From positions 173,352,001-173,416,000 of the forward strand of contig OX597815.1 in assembly GCA_951406725.2 (NCBI GenBank): 64,000 nucleotides of DNA. Direction: 5' to 3'. Positions within the stretch are counted from its first letter, which is position 1. Each line of letters opens with the position of its first letter. The DNA is from Octopus vulgaris. Its lineage: Eukaryota. The notes beneath the pieces were generated by a model. It ran no database searches, was not told where the DNA came from, and was given only the letters and a program-made list of their open reading frames with translations. A program made the position numbers and the translations under genes. Of the stretch, positions 11,067 to 23,794 are shown in pieces.

Positions 11067-14000
11067 GTTTATCTAAGAAAAAATGGTATTTATTCTTTTC
11101 TGAACTAGTTTTATTTTGAAACTGAAGTATTAAAGGCTTTAAGGCTAAGTCGCTAGGCTATTAACTGTAAATGCAATGAAGTCAAACATTACTTCATCAA
11201 TACGGCCCCAGACAAGGTTAAGTTTTGCATTCTCTTTCATCTGTCAAACCAAAACAGTTACCATTTTCACTATATGCCTAAGTGATTAGAAATAGGGATA
11301 GACTCTAGTTGTAAAAATACTTGTTCTAACAATCCATTTGCAAACATCCAAATTGGTATTATATTAATGAAACCTTTGAGAGAGAGAAAGAGTAGTTTGT
11401 CTAACATTACTAGTTCATAAACTAGACAGATGTTTTGTTGACTGTTTTGAAGCAATGTACATAAAATAAATCCAATTGCTTATTACATTTAATGAAAGTA
11501 CCAAAATTAATTAAGCAGCATCATGCCATGTTGGTAAGCTGCAAAACAATTTTGAGACATAAGCAAGAGCTGCAAGCACTTATTGTGTTAGTGAAAATTT
11601 CTCAATGATGCATAAAAGCCAAACTAATGAGAAGACATTTCACTTGAAGATCAATGTCAAGAATAACATTTCAATATAAAATTTGGCATGAAAAATTCTT
11701 CAACAAGAATGGAAGCCCATTGAAAAAGAGAAAATGAATTGAGAGGAGGTGAATGTCAAGACTTTTCTTTTTTTTATAATCGATACTGTAAACTATATCC
11801 CAATACAAGAATAAGCATGTCAGCAATAAAATTATGGTTAATGTAAAGTGTCAAATTAAATTCTGTTACTGAAACCATCATATACTTTGTTTTATTTCCT
11901 GTAGATATTCATTCTAACATATCCCAGGCAGTGAAATATCAAACCTAAAAGGAAAATCTGAAATATAGTTAAATGGAAAGAGAAAGTTAAATTTTACACT
12001 TTATTTATTTATTTATATTAACTTCCATATTGCAAACAAATCTAATTACTTTTAGCTGTGATATTTTATAATAATATCAACATCGTGCTCAGAAATTTAA
12101 ATTTAGCACCTGCAATTTCAGAATTTGAAAGAAAGTGTCTATTAAATCTATTAAAGACAAGAATCGTGTCAATGGTAATGCATGGCCTGAAGTAACAGTG
12201 GACTTCTTTGAGACATATTAGCTTATCAAATGTCATAGTTTAATTATCTCGAGTTAATTTCAATTGAATTTGAAGCTCTTCAACAAGAAGCTTTTATTAC
12301 TTTATAGGATTTAGCGAGATAGGTGTTAAAAATGAAATATGGAAATAACTTTCATAAACTAATAAAGACCTTATCAACTATATATAAATCATTCAAATGA
12401 CTAAATGAAAAGCGAAAAATAAATGTTTTTTTCAAAACATCTTGGTCAAATAAAAACTTTTGCTTCCATTACCTAAGCATTGAACAGTAACATAAATAGA
12501 CATAGGCTAATCAGCAATTTATGATAAAAGTGATAAAAAAATTTCCTTCTATAGAAATTTATTTTCAATAATGAAATATTTAAAATCTTTTAAATAAACA
12601 AGGTTTCTGTTAATAAAATGTTCACACACTGCATAGCTATTATTCTGATTGCAAAACATATATGGGTATTTACTATGGTCACTAAACCTGAGAATATGGC
12701 CTAAGAACAGAATCAAGGATTCTTCAGATGTTCCTAGAAGTTTAATCAATTTCTCAAATAATAAAATCAACCACAAAAGCTGTGATGTTTACCAGAAAAT
12801 ATGGAACTTCTTTTAAAGAATATATAAAGACTTCTAATAAAATGATATTAAAAAATAGAAAAAAAAATTCTCCTTTCATGCTTAATAGTAATTATATTTG
12901 CTCACAAAAGATTTCATATTTCCTTAAATATAAAAAGTGAAAATTAACATTCACTAAGGTGGAAGAATGTTTAGCTTTAGGCAATAGAGGAGTTCATTCT
13001 TGTTTAAATGCATTCTTTCACAAACTGACAGCTCACTGGTTCAGACTTTGATGAAGCTTTAACAATGCTTGAGTCCCTATTCTGTTGATTTATTTGCTAC
13101 AAGCATGGTTCTAGTTAAATTGATGCCTGCCAGGGATGAGCAGAGCACACACAAACACTTTAGATGCATCCTGATTAACTTCATAGCTTTGAATTTTGAC
13201 TAACACAAGTTAATTATGATGTAATATTTCTAAAATGTATGGTTTTGAATGTTATGAATTCAGTAGTACATACAACATGAGTGAAATATAAGTATAAAAA
13301 GTTGAAAATGATCTAGCACACTGTAAATAAGTACTGAAATAATAACAATAAAAGTAACCTCTAGAAAAAGGGAATAGAAATTATAGTGGTATGGTACACT
13401 GAAAAATTTGCTAAATAAATGTTAAGAGCTGAATAATATAAAAAGCGATTCAAGTTAGGTCAATAACTGAAAAGAGATAGTCAAGAAATGTGTGTAATGT
13501 TGAAAGGGTATGAATAACCCCTTGCTACAATGGGAAAAAATAAATTGTTAAACTATTATTTTGATATATTTTAGATGATAGCCTCTGTAATCTCAGACAC
13601 ACATCAGTGTTTATGTATACATGCATATGAACACTTTGCACTACATGCATACATGTATGTAAGCCAGCACTATTTACCTTGGTAAGTTTTTAGCATACCA
13701 AGTCTACAATCTAGTCTCAGTTCTATGTTTTGGTTCTGTAAGTCTGGTTGCAGCCAAAAGGGACAGACCTTGCATGGCTGACTTGCCTTAAGTAAATGAT
13801 AAATAAAATTGCAAAACAGTTCCTTTCCAAATTATCTATAACAAATTATACCAATGTTTTTAAGAAAAAAAAAATTAAAGATAGCTTAGAAAACAAAAAC
13901 AAAATTTGCAGAATGAGGAAGGTGAAGAGAAAATTTTTACAATTACAACAAATTTAGTATAAAGGATAATACTAGAAACTAAATAATACTGATGATGGTA

Positions 14001-14929
14001 ATATATACAATTGCTTCTGGTAAATGAATGATATATTTATTAATATCTGAACAAAGTAACCTAAAAGCAAGAGACAAAGTGAATCTATTTTTGCTGAAAA
14101 AATATGATAATGACATAACCTCCTTTCTCCATAAATTTCAGATTCACTAAATTCTAATAAAGTTTCAAAAAGGGATTTTGCAAGTAAAAAAATAGGGTGA
14201 ACAAATAGCAAATTCTCACTTTGATATAAAGAGAGAAGTATAGTTAATTGAATTGAAGCCATGTATGAATGTCTTTATTTCACTGACCCTGGAATTTCAG
14301 CTCCAATAGGAGCTAACTAAAATATTTAAAGAGGTACAACGAAACTAGGCAAAACATTTATTCTAGCATCATTATTTTTGCCAACCATTGCTCTTCTAAA
14401 TGGACAAATATTAGCACCTTGCTCTTAAAAAGGTCTTTAGTTTGGTGTGTTGCTTGAACAGATTTGCATATTCCACAAATGTGCATAAAAATGAATTAGT
14501 CTTGATGAAATGATAACTGCAGTTTAGGAATATAACTGAGAGAAACAAGTATGGATTGTAACTGTTTAATTAAAATTTTATCATTAAATTTTCAAATCCC
14601 CTCACCCTTACAATACAAATTTCTTTGAAATATTAAGATCAATGCATATGTGAAAGTTACATGAATTTCTCAATCTTTTTAAAAGTATTTGTCTGGTTCT
14701 TATTTTTCGTTTCATATCAATAAGCATTCGTCTGTTGTTAAAGATATGCCTGACATGCAAAGATTTTCTATTCTAGCATGAAAAAAAAAAGTGCTTTTAC
14801 ACTATAAGGTGAAACAGTTAAAGGAGGTCCTAAGAAGAAATTAAATGATGCTATGATCAGAATGTGACACATTCAAAACTAAAGACCCAGTCTTTGGTGA
14901 TGTGTCAGGGTTAATAATAATAATAATAA

Positions 14930-15913
14930 TTTTCTGTACTATAGGCACAAGACCTATTAATTACATTGAACCCAGTGATCAACTAGCACTTATTTTCACC
15001 CAGAAAGATGGAAGGCAAAGTTGATCATGGCAGCATTTGATCTTAGAATATAAAGACAAATGAAATGCCACTAAGCATCATATCTGGCATGCAAATGATT
15101 TCTTATTTCTTTACTGCCTACAAGGGGGCTAAACAAGGACAAAGGGATTAAGTCAATTACATCGACCCCAGTGTGTAACTGGTACTTAATTTATCGACCC
15201 CGAAAGGATGAAAGGCAAAGTCGACCTTGGCGGAATTTGAACTCTGAACATAACGGCAGACAAAATACCGCTAAGCATTTCGCCCGGCGAGCTAATGTTT
15301 CTGCCAGCGAGCTGGCAGAAACATTAGCATACTGGGTGAAATACATAGCAGTATTTCATCTGCTGTTACATTCTGAGTTCAAATTCGGCTGAGGTCGACT
15401 TTGCCTTTCATCCTTTCGGGGTTGATTAAATAAGTACCAGTTATGCACTAGGGTCAATGTAATTGACTTAATCCCTTTGTCTGTCCTTGTTTGTCCCCTC
15501 TATGTTTAGCCCCCAGTAGGCAATAAATAAATAAATAAATAATAATAATAATGGTTTTAAATTTTGCCAAAAGAGCAGCAATTTTGGCGAGAGGGGATGA
15601 GTGGTTCAACTGGTACTTATTTTATCGACCTCGAAAGGATGAAAGGCAAAGTGTCGACCTCAGCAGAATTTGAACTCAGAATATCAAGGCAGATGAAATA
15701 CTGCTAAGCATTTCACCTGGCATGCTAACGATTCTGCTAGCTCACTACTTTGATACATCGACCTCAGTACTCAACTGGTCAATTTTATTGATCTTTAAAA
15801 GATGAAAGGCAAAGTGGACCTATGCAGAATCTGAACTCAGAACATGAAGATGAACAAAATGCCACTAAACATTTTACCTGGAATGCTAATGATTCTGCCA
15901 GCTCACGACCTTC

Positions 15914-15950
<37 letters not shown>

Positions 15951-16110
15951 TGATAATAATAATAATTGTTTCTAATTCAGATACAAAGCTAACAACTTAA
16001 AGGGATGAAATTAGTGAATACTATCAACCCCCAGTAGCTGACCAGTACTTAGTACTTAGAAATGCTGCAAGGTATTTTTTGAAACTCTAATGAAATTTGT
16101 CAATCCAGCA
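14930..16110. mobile_element. Cluster of about six MetaSINE-like tRNA-derived SINE copies separated by (TAA)n tracts
   Basis: Repeated core gactttgcctttcatcctttcggggtcgataaa..aagtaccag and B-box gagttcaaatt. Copies at about 14930-15100 (-), 15104-15308 (-), 15311-15535 (+), 15555-15750 (-), 15752-15915 (-), and a degenerate one at 15965-16110 (-). Confidence 0.82.
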
Positions 16111-19100
16111 GCAGTAGCAGCAAGTAACAACATACTAAGGCACAAAACCAAAACAGGAACAGATAATAGAAAGAGATTATAACATTAAACATCAAAACAG
16201 ATGAGCATTTTCATTGAAGAAACTGCTTTATCAGAACCTAAGGCTAATTTCAGTTTGTTTCCACTCATAAGGCAGGCATGGATATTTTAATAGCTGTCAC
16301 TTTAGGAAATCAAACTTTTATTTATACCCTTCTTCTCATAAAAGTGGATATTAAAACTGTCAACATATGCTTGGTCTAATTACAATTGTCTTAAACAGAG
16401 GGCTACAAGAAACAAGTTGGACAGTATGTTTTGTGCCTAAATGTAATGATAATGTTATTCTTCATTGGTACTGAGTAAATATTCAATAGAATTTATCAAT
16501 AGCACAAATTAAATATTGGATATGCAACTATTTTGCACATGTGTTACACTCATTTTTCCTGTACACACACATTCAAAAGATTAAGAAAATGAGGCTGCAA
16601 TTAAGCTTCAACTAAAAATTCAAATCTGATTCTCTTTATGTGAGCTTAATGTACAATTATGCAGCAACTAATAAAGTTATGCATTAATTGAAAAAAATTA
16701 AGAAAATAGAATGAGTTTGGCCAATTATCTAAAATAATTTGAAATACAAAATTAATTTTTTGAACTTAGGAAAACCAAAGAAAAATTATTATTATTATTA
16801 TTATGCAAATAGTTTACAAACAAGCTAATTAACAAATTACTGGAATAGACTTTATCAGTTGGTTATATTAAAGAACTATTCTGAAATTATTGAAAGTGTG
16901 AATGGAAGAGTTACACAATACTTTGAAAATGAATCATCAATTAATGAACAATGAAGGACAGTCGCAATGAAATCATTTTGAATGATAAAAGAAAGTAAGA
17001 CAAAATTAATAGTTTGCTTTTATAGAGATTGAAAACAACAAATAACAAGACAAAAAGAGAATGCTATGCAAACAATACAATTGATGAAGTATAAGGTAGA
17101 TATCAGTGAATTGGTTTTAATTATGAAACACTGACAATAAAGAGAAAGGATGCAACAGTAAGTCCAAAAAAAAAAAGGGTATTTTTTTGCAATGGCAGGA
17201 GTGCATCTCCCTACAGATTCTCTAATTGTAATCATGCATAGATTAACATAGAACACAGTGATTCATGTATGTTAGTAAGAATGGCAGTTGGAATAAGTTT
17301 TTTTTTTAAAGGAGATTAAAATAGTTGTTTAACCCCAAATCAGTCCTGACTGAACAGACATAACAAAATGTGTTCTTGCTTTTTTTTTCCTCCTGTATTA
17401 TTATGTCCTTTCTCTTTTTAAGAAACTAAGGTGTGATTTGAGAGGTTTTCTTTCTAATTTAAAGAGTTACAACTATAAAGAGACTCAATTGTTTAGCTGT
17501 TAAAAACAGAGAACAGCTTTGTATCAAGTTAGTATTTTCTTTTTAATTTAATAAAGAAAATAGATTACTATTTTCTTAAAATTTTCAAAACACATAAAAA
17601 AGGCATTTACAAAGCAATAACTGTGGAGATTAAAGAAAGCAAGGAGAACACACAGACCCCCCACCCCCCAAAAAAAGGTAGTCACATTCAAAATGAAATT
17701 ACATAAGTAGAAATTCTAGTTCAGAGAGCAACACTGTAGAGGAAATATTAGAAAAGTTTGATTTCAAAGTATATTAGCAGGGAGCTAGTGGTAGCTTAGT
17801 TCTGAACAAGTGGCTGAATGGTTACAGTGTTGACTTAGGTATTGTGTTGCATGCTAAGCAAAGATTACTTATTTCAGATAATCTTAAAATAATGCTATTT
17901 CATAGTTGAGTTGTTAGGTTTAGGTATCATCTTTAGTTGTAAAAGAATTGTTTCCCACCACCACCACCACCACCACACACACACACACAAGCATACACAT
18001 GCACATGTGTACTTGCACACACATACTGAAATTGTAACAACACTATAAAAAAATATGGTTAATGAATTTAGCAGTCCAAAATAAAAATCAAAAAGAAATT
18101 TTGTTTTCTTCTGGTTGGAGGACAATAATAAAAGAAACAATGGAATGGTATGATTGTTTAACAAATAACTTAAGCTTTGAAAAAAAAAATTCATTTTGAT
18201 ATAACAAGAAAATGATTTCATTACAGCATTCTAATCTAATGATAAAAAAATAAAGTTTATTATGTTATATAAAGAGGAATTTAAAATAAAATAGAAATAT
18301 GTAAAGTCCAAGGCTATCGAAGGTGTTAAATAATTTATTCCTTATATAGAATAATAACTTATATGCAACTAACAACTTAGACAGAATATGTTACAAAAAT
18401 CATCGTAGAAGAACATTCTATTAAATAACTAGTTAAAAACAAACTGTTTAGTTCATCTTTTGCAACTTATACACATTTAAATATTTTTCAAAATGACTTT
18501 GAAATCCAAAACTAAACTGCTACTTTTAACCTGCTGTTTTCCTGTTTTTGAGGTATGAGATTTATTATTTGAAAGGATGAACAAATTCTTTTTTAAAATA
18601 TTAATTGCTTTAATTTTTCACAGCAAAAAAAAAAAAAATTATAATAAATAATTAAAAGTAACTTAAGAAGAAGTGGGGAAAAACAAAAAAATATAAATAA
18701 ATATAGACCTAAAATATTCAAACAAAACAAACAGAAGTGTAGAAATTGGCAAAAGTAAAAAATTATTATTATAATATTAATCTAAAGTTTGTCAAAGTTA
18801 GATGAAATTAACATTAAATATTTACATTGACGGTGATGTCACAAGAGCATGAAATCTGTTTTCTTTTGATAGAACTATCAAAATAATTCATTTACATCAC
18901 TTAACAACTGCATTGTGAGATATTTACAATGAAGAGAAATTTTAACGGACAGAAGTCAATAACAGTAATGAAAAAATATTAAAGAAAGCTAAAATAAGAT
19001 AACTTTAAGAAAAAAATCTATATAAAAAGTTATGTAAAATTTTGAAGTGTATATTAATACAAAATTTTAGCTTCGAACATATAAACAAATTTGAAAGCCT

Positions 19101-19299
19101 AAAAGTTTGTCTTATAATAGTAAAAAAGGTTAGTGGTACAGTGAATGGCATAAAGCCATCTACACGAGTTTGGTCAGTCTGATATACTGAATTTAAAGTC
19201 TTGTCAAGAAACAACTGTAATAAAAACAAATGAAAATACAACCAAACTGGCAATCAATATGGTTAGAGTATGTATGTGCATGGGAAGAGAGTATATTTA

Positions 19300-20450
19300 T
19301 GTGGTACTCAAATCTGTGCGCAGCATGTCTGTGTATGCATGAGCAGACACACACACACATGTATACACACATACATATATATACTTATACAATCGTGCGT
19401 GCACATGTCTCCACATATGTGTAGGTGCAAATTCAGAATACCGAGAGCGGTTGAGATGTTACCTTGTCGGTCAAATGTAGGAATTATATACATTATGCAA
19501 TAGACATAGAACACAACAAGAGAAGATATAGAAAGAAATGGAGGATGACAACTTTTACCTACCTGCCTGGCATATATCAGTGACTGAAGCCGTGCCCGCA
19601 GGTACAGGTATCTGTACAATAGAGGGTAGGATGGCCTCCCACCTCCATAGCGACCATGCCTCTTCATACCAGCCAGGCCGAGCACCTCTCATGATAGTCG
19701 TAGTCGTCGTCAATGGGTTAGCCAACCTAATAGAACCATTCCTCACAACAACCAGATGATGATGATGACAAGAAGGATAACGTAGGTGGGGAGTGATCTG
19801 TAACTGTTCTATGTATATATATAGATATATATTTATCTCTCTCTCTATATAGATATATGTATAGCAACAACAGGTCTGGTAACAGGAGTAGTGCTTGTTG
19901 TGAAAGCAAGGACTTAATGCAATCACACGGACAGTAATAGCAACAGCTAAATGGAGACAGATTTTTTTCCCCGATAAAATGAGGCAGAAATGTTGTACAT
20001 GTTGAAGACGCTGTTGCTGCTGCTGTAATACAGCAGTCAATCCAACATTTTCTAGGCAAGCATCAGTTCTAGCAGTAGATAGATATAACAACAACAAAAA
20101 TAGAGAATCTTTTTACATCATGTTTGCCTTCTGTGGATTATACAATATTAGAATGATGAGCATAGGGAAAGAGGAAAGGGATGCATATGTTACGGGGGAT
20201 ACGTGGGCAGTGGCAGTGAGAACTACAGAGGTAGATAGAAGGAAGGCACAGAACTGAGAGGTAAGTTTTAATTGATGGAAAGATGAATGAAAGTCTGCCT
20301 TCAGAGCTTTTTGTTAGCAGCTCCTTACCACTCCAGCACTAGCCTCTCTCTTCTCCTCTTCTGTAACAACCACAAGGGCTTGCCTTGCATTTGTTAGTAT
20401 CAGCTTTTCTGTTTCTGTACAGCAGTGTCCTCATATACTACCTAAGCTGA
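19300..20450 (-). promoter_or_regulatory. CpG-retaining island: putative internal promoter and microsatellite-rich 5' UTR
   Basis: Dense CpGs (e.g. gccgtgcccgc, gtcgtagtcgtcgtc, ccgagagcgg, atcgtgcgtg) compared with flanking intron that is nearly CpG-free. Contains (CAG)n, (CAT)n, (TA)n tracts and a pyrimidine-rich minus-strand stretch at about 20160-20260. No recognisable transposon. Confidence 0.5.
19563..19667 (-). CDS. DMD: Candidate alternative first coding exon of a short (Dp116-like) dystrophin isoform, 35 aa MKRHGRYGGGRPSYPLLYRYLYLRARLQSLIYARQ
   Basis: ATG at 19667 with G at -3, exactly 35 codons, then donor CAG|gtaggt in phase 0, the phase needed to join an exon-56 equivalent. It is GC/CpG-rich, non-repetitive sequence in an AT-rich intron, and lies in the intron equivalent to the one holding the vertebrate Dp116 promoter. 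No transcript evidence is available here. Confidence 0.55.
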
Positions 20451-22899
20451 TGAAAAATAGACAGCTACATTGCTCCATTTTCAAGAATGCAAAATCTTAA
20501 GAAGCTGATTAATGAGTGTGTGTTTGTGTGAGTGCATGCATGCATGCATGTGTATATATACACTGGTGGTTGATGATGATGAAGTAAAACAAGGGAAAAA
20601 AAAAATCCACAAGAATCATGTTTCATTGATTAGAAGAGATTAAGATAACGTTGATTATTAATCATAATGTGCAGAACTATAAAATCAAATAGCCAACTGT
20701 TAATTCTGACTTTAGGTAAAACAACAACAACAACAATAATAATCTACAAATCACAAAATACATTGGCTGGGGGTAGCTATTTTTATCAACAGCTACACTG
20801 AAAAATGACAGTTTATGAATGATTTCTACAAGAGACCTGGATTAAAAAAAAAACGACAAAAAAACATAGTCTCCTTGTTTTCTACACTGGAAAGAAAATT
20901 TCCATGTTCAGAAAATGAAGCAACACAAAAGTCAAAAAGCCCCAATAGTACCTACTCTTTGTATGTAAACAACCTTCATTCCTTCCTTTTTTGCTTTCTT
21001 TCAGAATACAGTTGTGCATAGATTTGATGTCTTTGTAAAGGAAAATGAATTTAACTAGATGGCGTGTGGATTTGAATGGCTATCACCGCAGAATGAACAA
21101 TGATTGTTGTTGTTGCAGTTGTGTAACACTGGTCAGTTCTAATCAAGCAGAAATAGCTGACAGAAATGTGATTTATAAACTCAATGTTTGATGTGGATCA
21201 ATATTTGACCACTTACCCTAATACATTTATTGCAAATATTTATTTTACTGACATACAGGAAGATGAAATGATAAAGATAGCTATAGTACGATTTGAACCC
21301 ATTACTACAGGTCAATGAATTGATCATCACTAACCCAGCCGCCAACTAACTTATTGTATTGTTTAGTAGATAGAAAGGTTCTCTGCTAAGAGAAAAGGGT
21401 ACAATTTGAAACTGCAAAACTATTACCTTATATAAAAATGAAACCACTCAATGATGGCAGCTAATTAAAATTATACTTGGAGATAAAGATGAAAGAAATT
21501 TTGAAATTTCACTGCCCTTTAAGAAGCAGTAAACTAAAATGGAGTTGGAAGCCACTTGTTGAATTTTAAAAGCTAATATATACATTTTTTTTTTTTGGAG
21601 AAAATCTCCAAAAGTTGGCAAACATTCCCAATATATTAAATATATATCACCAATGATCAATAGTTTTGAATTCCATGTCATTTGCAAACATAATGTATAG
21701 TAAGGATGGACGATTACTAAGTAATTTGGGGAGTAGATCAATGGCCTTATATTTATGAAGCAATTCAAACTAATGAACCAAAAAGAGATCACCATATTTA
21801 AATAAAAGAAGTTGAGGATGTTATTTGCAGGGGTCGATAATTTTGCATCAAACTGGATCAGAAGATAATGGATATTTTATTTAGTATAAAGATTAGAAGT
21901 AGAGGCAGAAAGATAAGTTCATGTGAATCTATACTATATTACCATGACAACTTAGTTCTAAACAAAGTCAAAAAAACAGAAGAAAAACATAAATGAAGCA
22001 GAACTGTGTTGATTCCTTATCTAATTAAGTTGCTAATAGGGTCTATTTGATTATTGAGGTGATTTGCAACATTCATTTGACTATGGAAGCACAGACACTC
22101 TAGATACTCTATCCATATTGGTTTAGAACAAAAAGAAAACATTAAAATAGTTCAGTAGAAGATGACATAGTGAGTGACATTACTACTTTATCTGGTTATT
22201 GTTGTTGTTGTTAAGTCAGCCCTGATCAAGTAAACTTATGGTCAAAAGGCATTCCACATGTCTATTTTGTCTTTTTGTATATCATTCAATGAATGTTTCC
22301 AACTTCATTTAAGTCTACTGCTTAAGAATGGTGATATTTCTAAGTTTGTTTCAAATTTGTCTCCAAATAAGGCTTCCTTTAATTTTAAATTATTCATTAA
22401 TATTTGAACAGTTTTGTTTTCAACTTGTTCCCTATTCTTTTGTTGGGTTAATGATGATCAGTTTAATGATGCTATGGTGTGATGCAAGAGAAATTTGACT
22501 GATATTTCTGGCAGATTGGATGAACATAAAGGAGCACACTTATTCGGTCAAGCTCAATGTTGTAGATGATTTCTCTGAATATGTAGAAAAAAAATAAGCA
22601 GATCAACACTTTATAGTCAAGGTAAACAATAGGCATGCAAAAAGCACAGAGGGGTCTCTGGAACTCTGATAAAGAACCAGAACTGAAGTAGTTCCCAACT
22701 GGAGCAACAAGACAATGGAGCATTTTGATTGTTTTTGTTGGAACTAACAGAGTTCAGCTTTTAAGATGATATTACTAGTATTGATTGTAACAAAGGGTTT
22801 CGAGGTATGTACAAAAGTAGACCATATTAGAGATCGTGTGAAAGCCATTAGAGAAAATCCCTTCTTTCAGACCAAACTTATTTTTTTAAAAAAAGCATA

Positions 22900-23110
22900 C
22901 GGCAGGGTGTTGAAAAGTTCCTGGCTTTAAAGATATCATGAAAGGCCTGGTTGGAGGCCCAACCTTTTGAGTTCTTTTACAGGGCTTAGAAAAACTGAAG
23001 GACCAATGCAATAACTGGATCTGAGGAGGGAATATGTTGAATAAAATCATAATTAACTGATCCTCTTGTATTTTCTTTTATCCAAAGCTATGAACTTTCC
23101 AATACCCCTG
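22900..23110. mobile_element. Mariner-type MITE (~210 bp)
   Basis: TA|cggcagggtgttgaaaagttcctggcttt ... aaagctatgaactttccaatacccctg|TA inverted termini; retains a transposase 3'-end-like stretch ggggaatatgttgaataa. Confidence 0.7.
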
Positions 23111-23745
23111 TAAGTTGATGCAAATATGGAAGGAAAACCTTTAATGACATAAAATATAAAACAAAACATAAACACATTAAAATGGGGATGATGAACAATG
23201 CTATTGATGGCAATGAGGAAATTATATGATTACAGCTTCATATCTTGAATACTGTAAAACTGCTTTGGTACATAATTATTAAAAAAAAAAACAACTCTTT
23301 ATCCATATTTTATTTCAGCTATTTCAATCATTCAGGATCTAACAGATGGAGAGCTGCCATTCCTTTCTCAAACATTAACAATTCTATCTATTTCTAGACT
23401 GTGCTACATAAGACAGTGTAGTTTTTAAAACTTTTATAAATACAGTTCCTAAGTAAGATCATTTGAATTATTGAACTAAGGATTAATACCGTTATTATTA
23501 ACATAAATTTACAAGATTTTAAAAGTAAACACTATTCTTATTTTAATCATAATTTCTTTCTTTCATTGAATAAATAACCCAATATTTTATCTCTACTGCA
23601 GTTGAGTAAAAAAGATATGATTTTAGAATTAAAAGAAAATAGAAGGAAACATAAATTTAATTTTATCCCTTGAATATTAACTAGCATTGCAGTTAATAGC
23701 AATGAAATTCAAGTCTTTAAAGGTTTGCAACTGATTTTCAGTAAG

Positions 23746-23794
<49 letters not shown>

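Noticed and set aside
13020-13190. GC-richer block with TGACAG and TGATTTAT motifs as an enhancer
   Set aside because: Short motifs like these are expected by chance; cross-species conservation is needed and cannot be assessed here.
13678-13696. Minus-strand ATG CTA AAA ACT TAC CAA G|gtaaat (MLKTYQ), superficially like the human Dp116 N-terminus MLHRKTYHVK
   Set aside because: The donor is in phase 1, incompatible with the phase-0 exon-56 equivalent; the match is too short and there is no CpG island.
19555-20097. 180-aa ORF as a standalone gene
   Set aside because: It starts at a non-ATG codon and reads through (CAG)n, (TA)n and (CAT)n tracts; it is better explained as 5' UTR plus the short exon.
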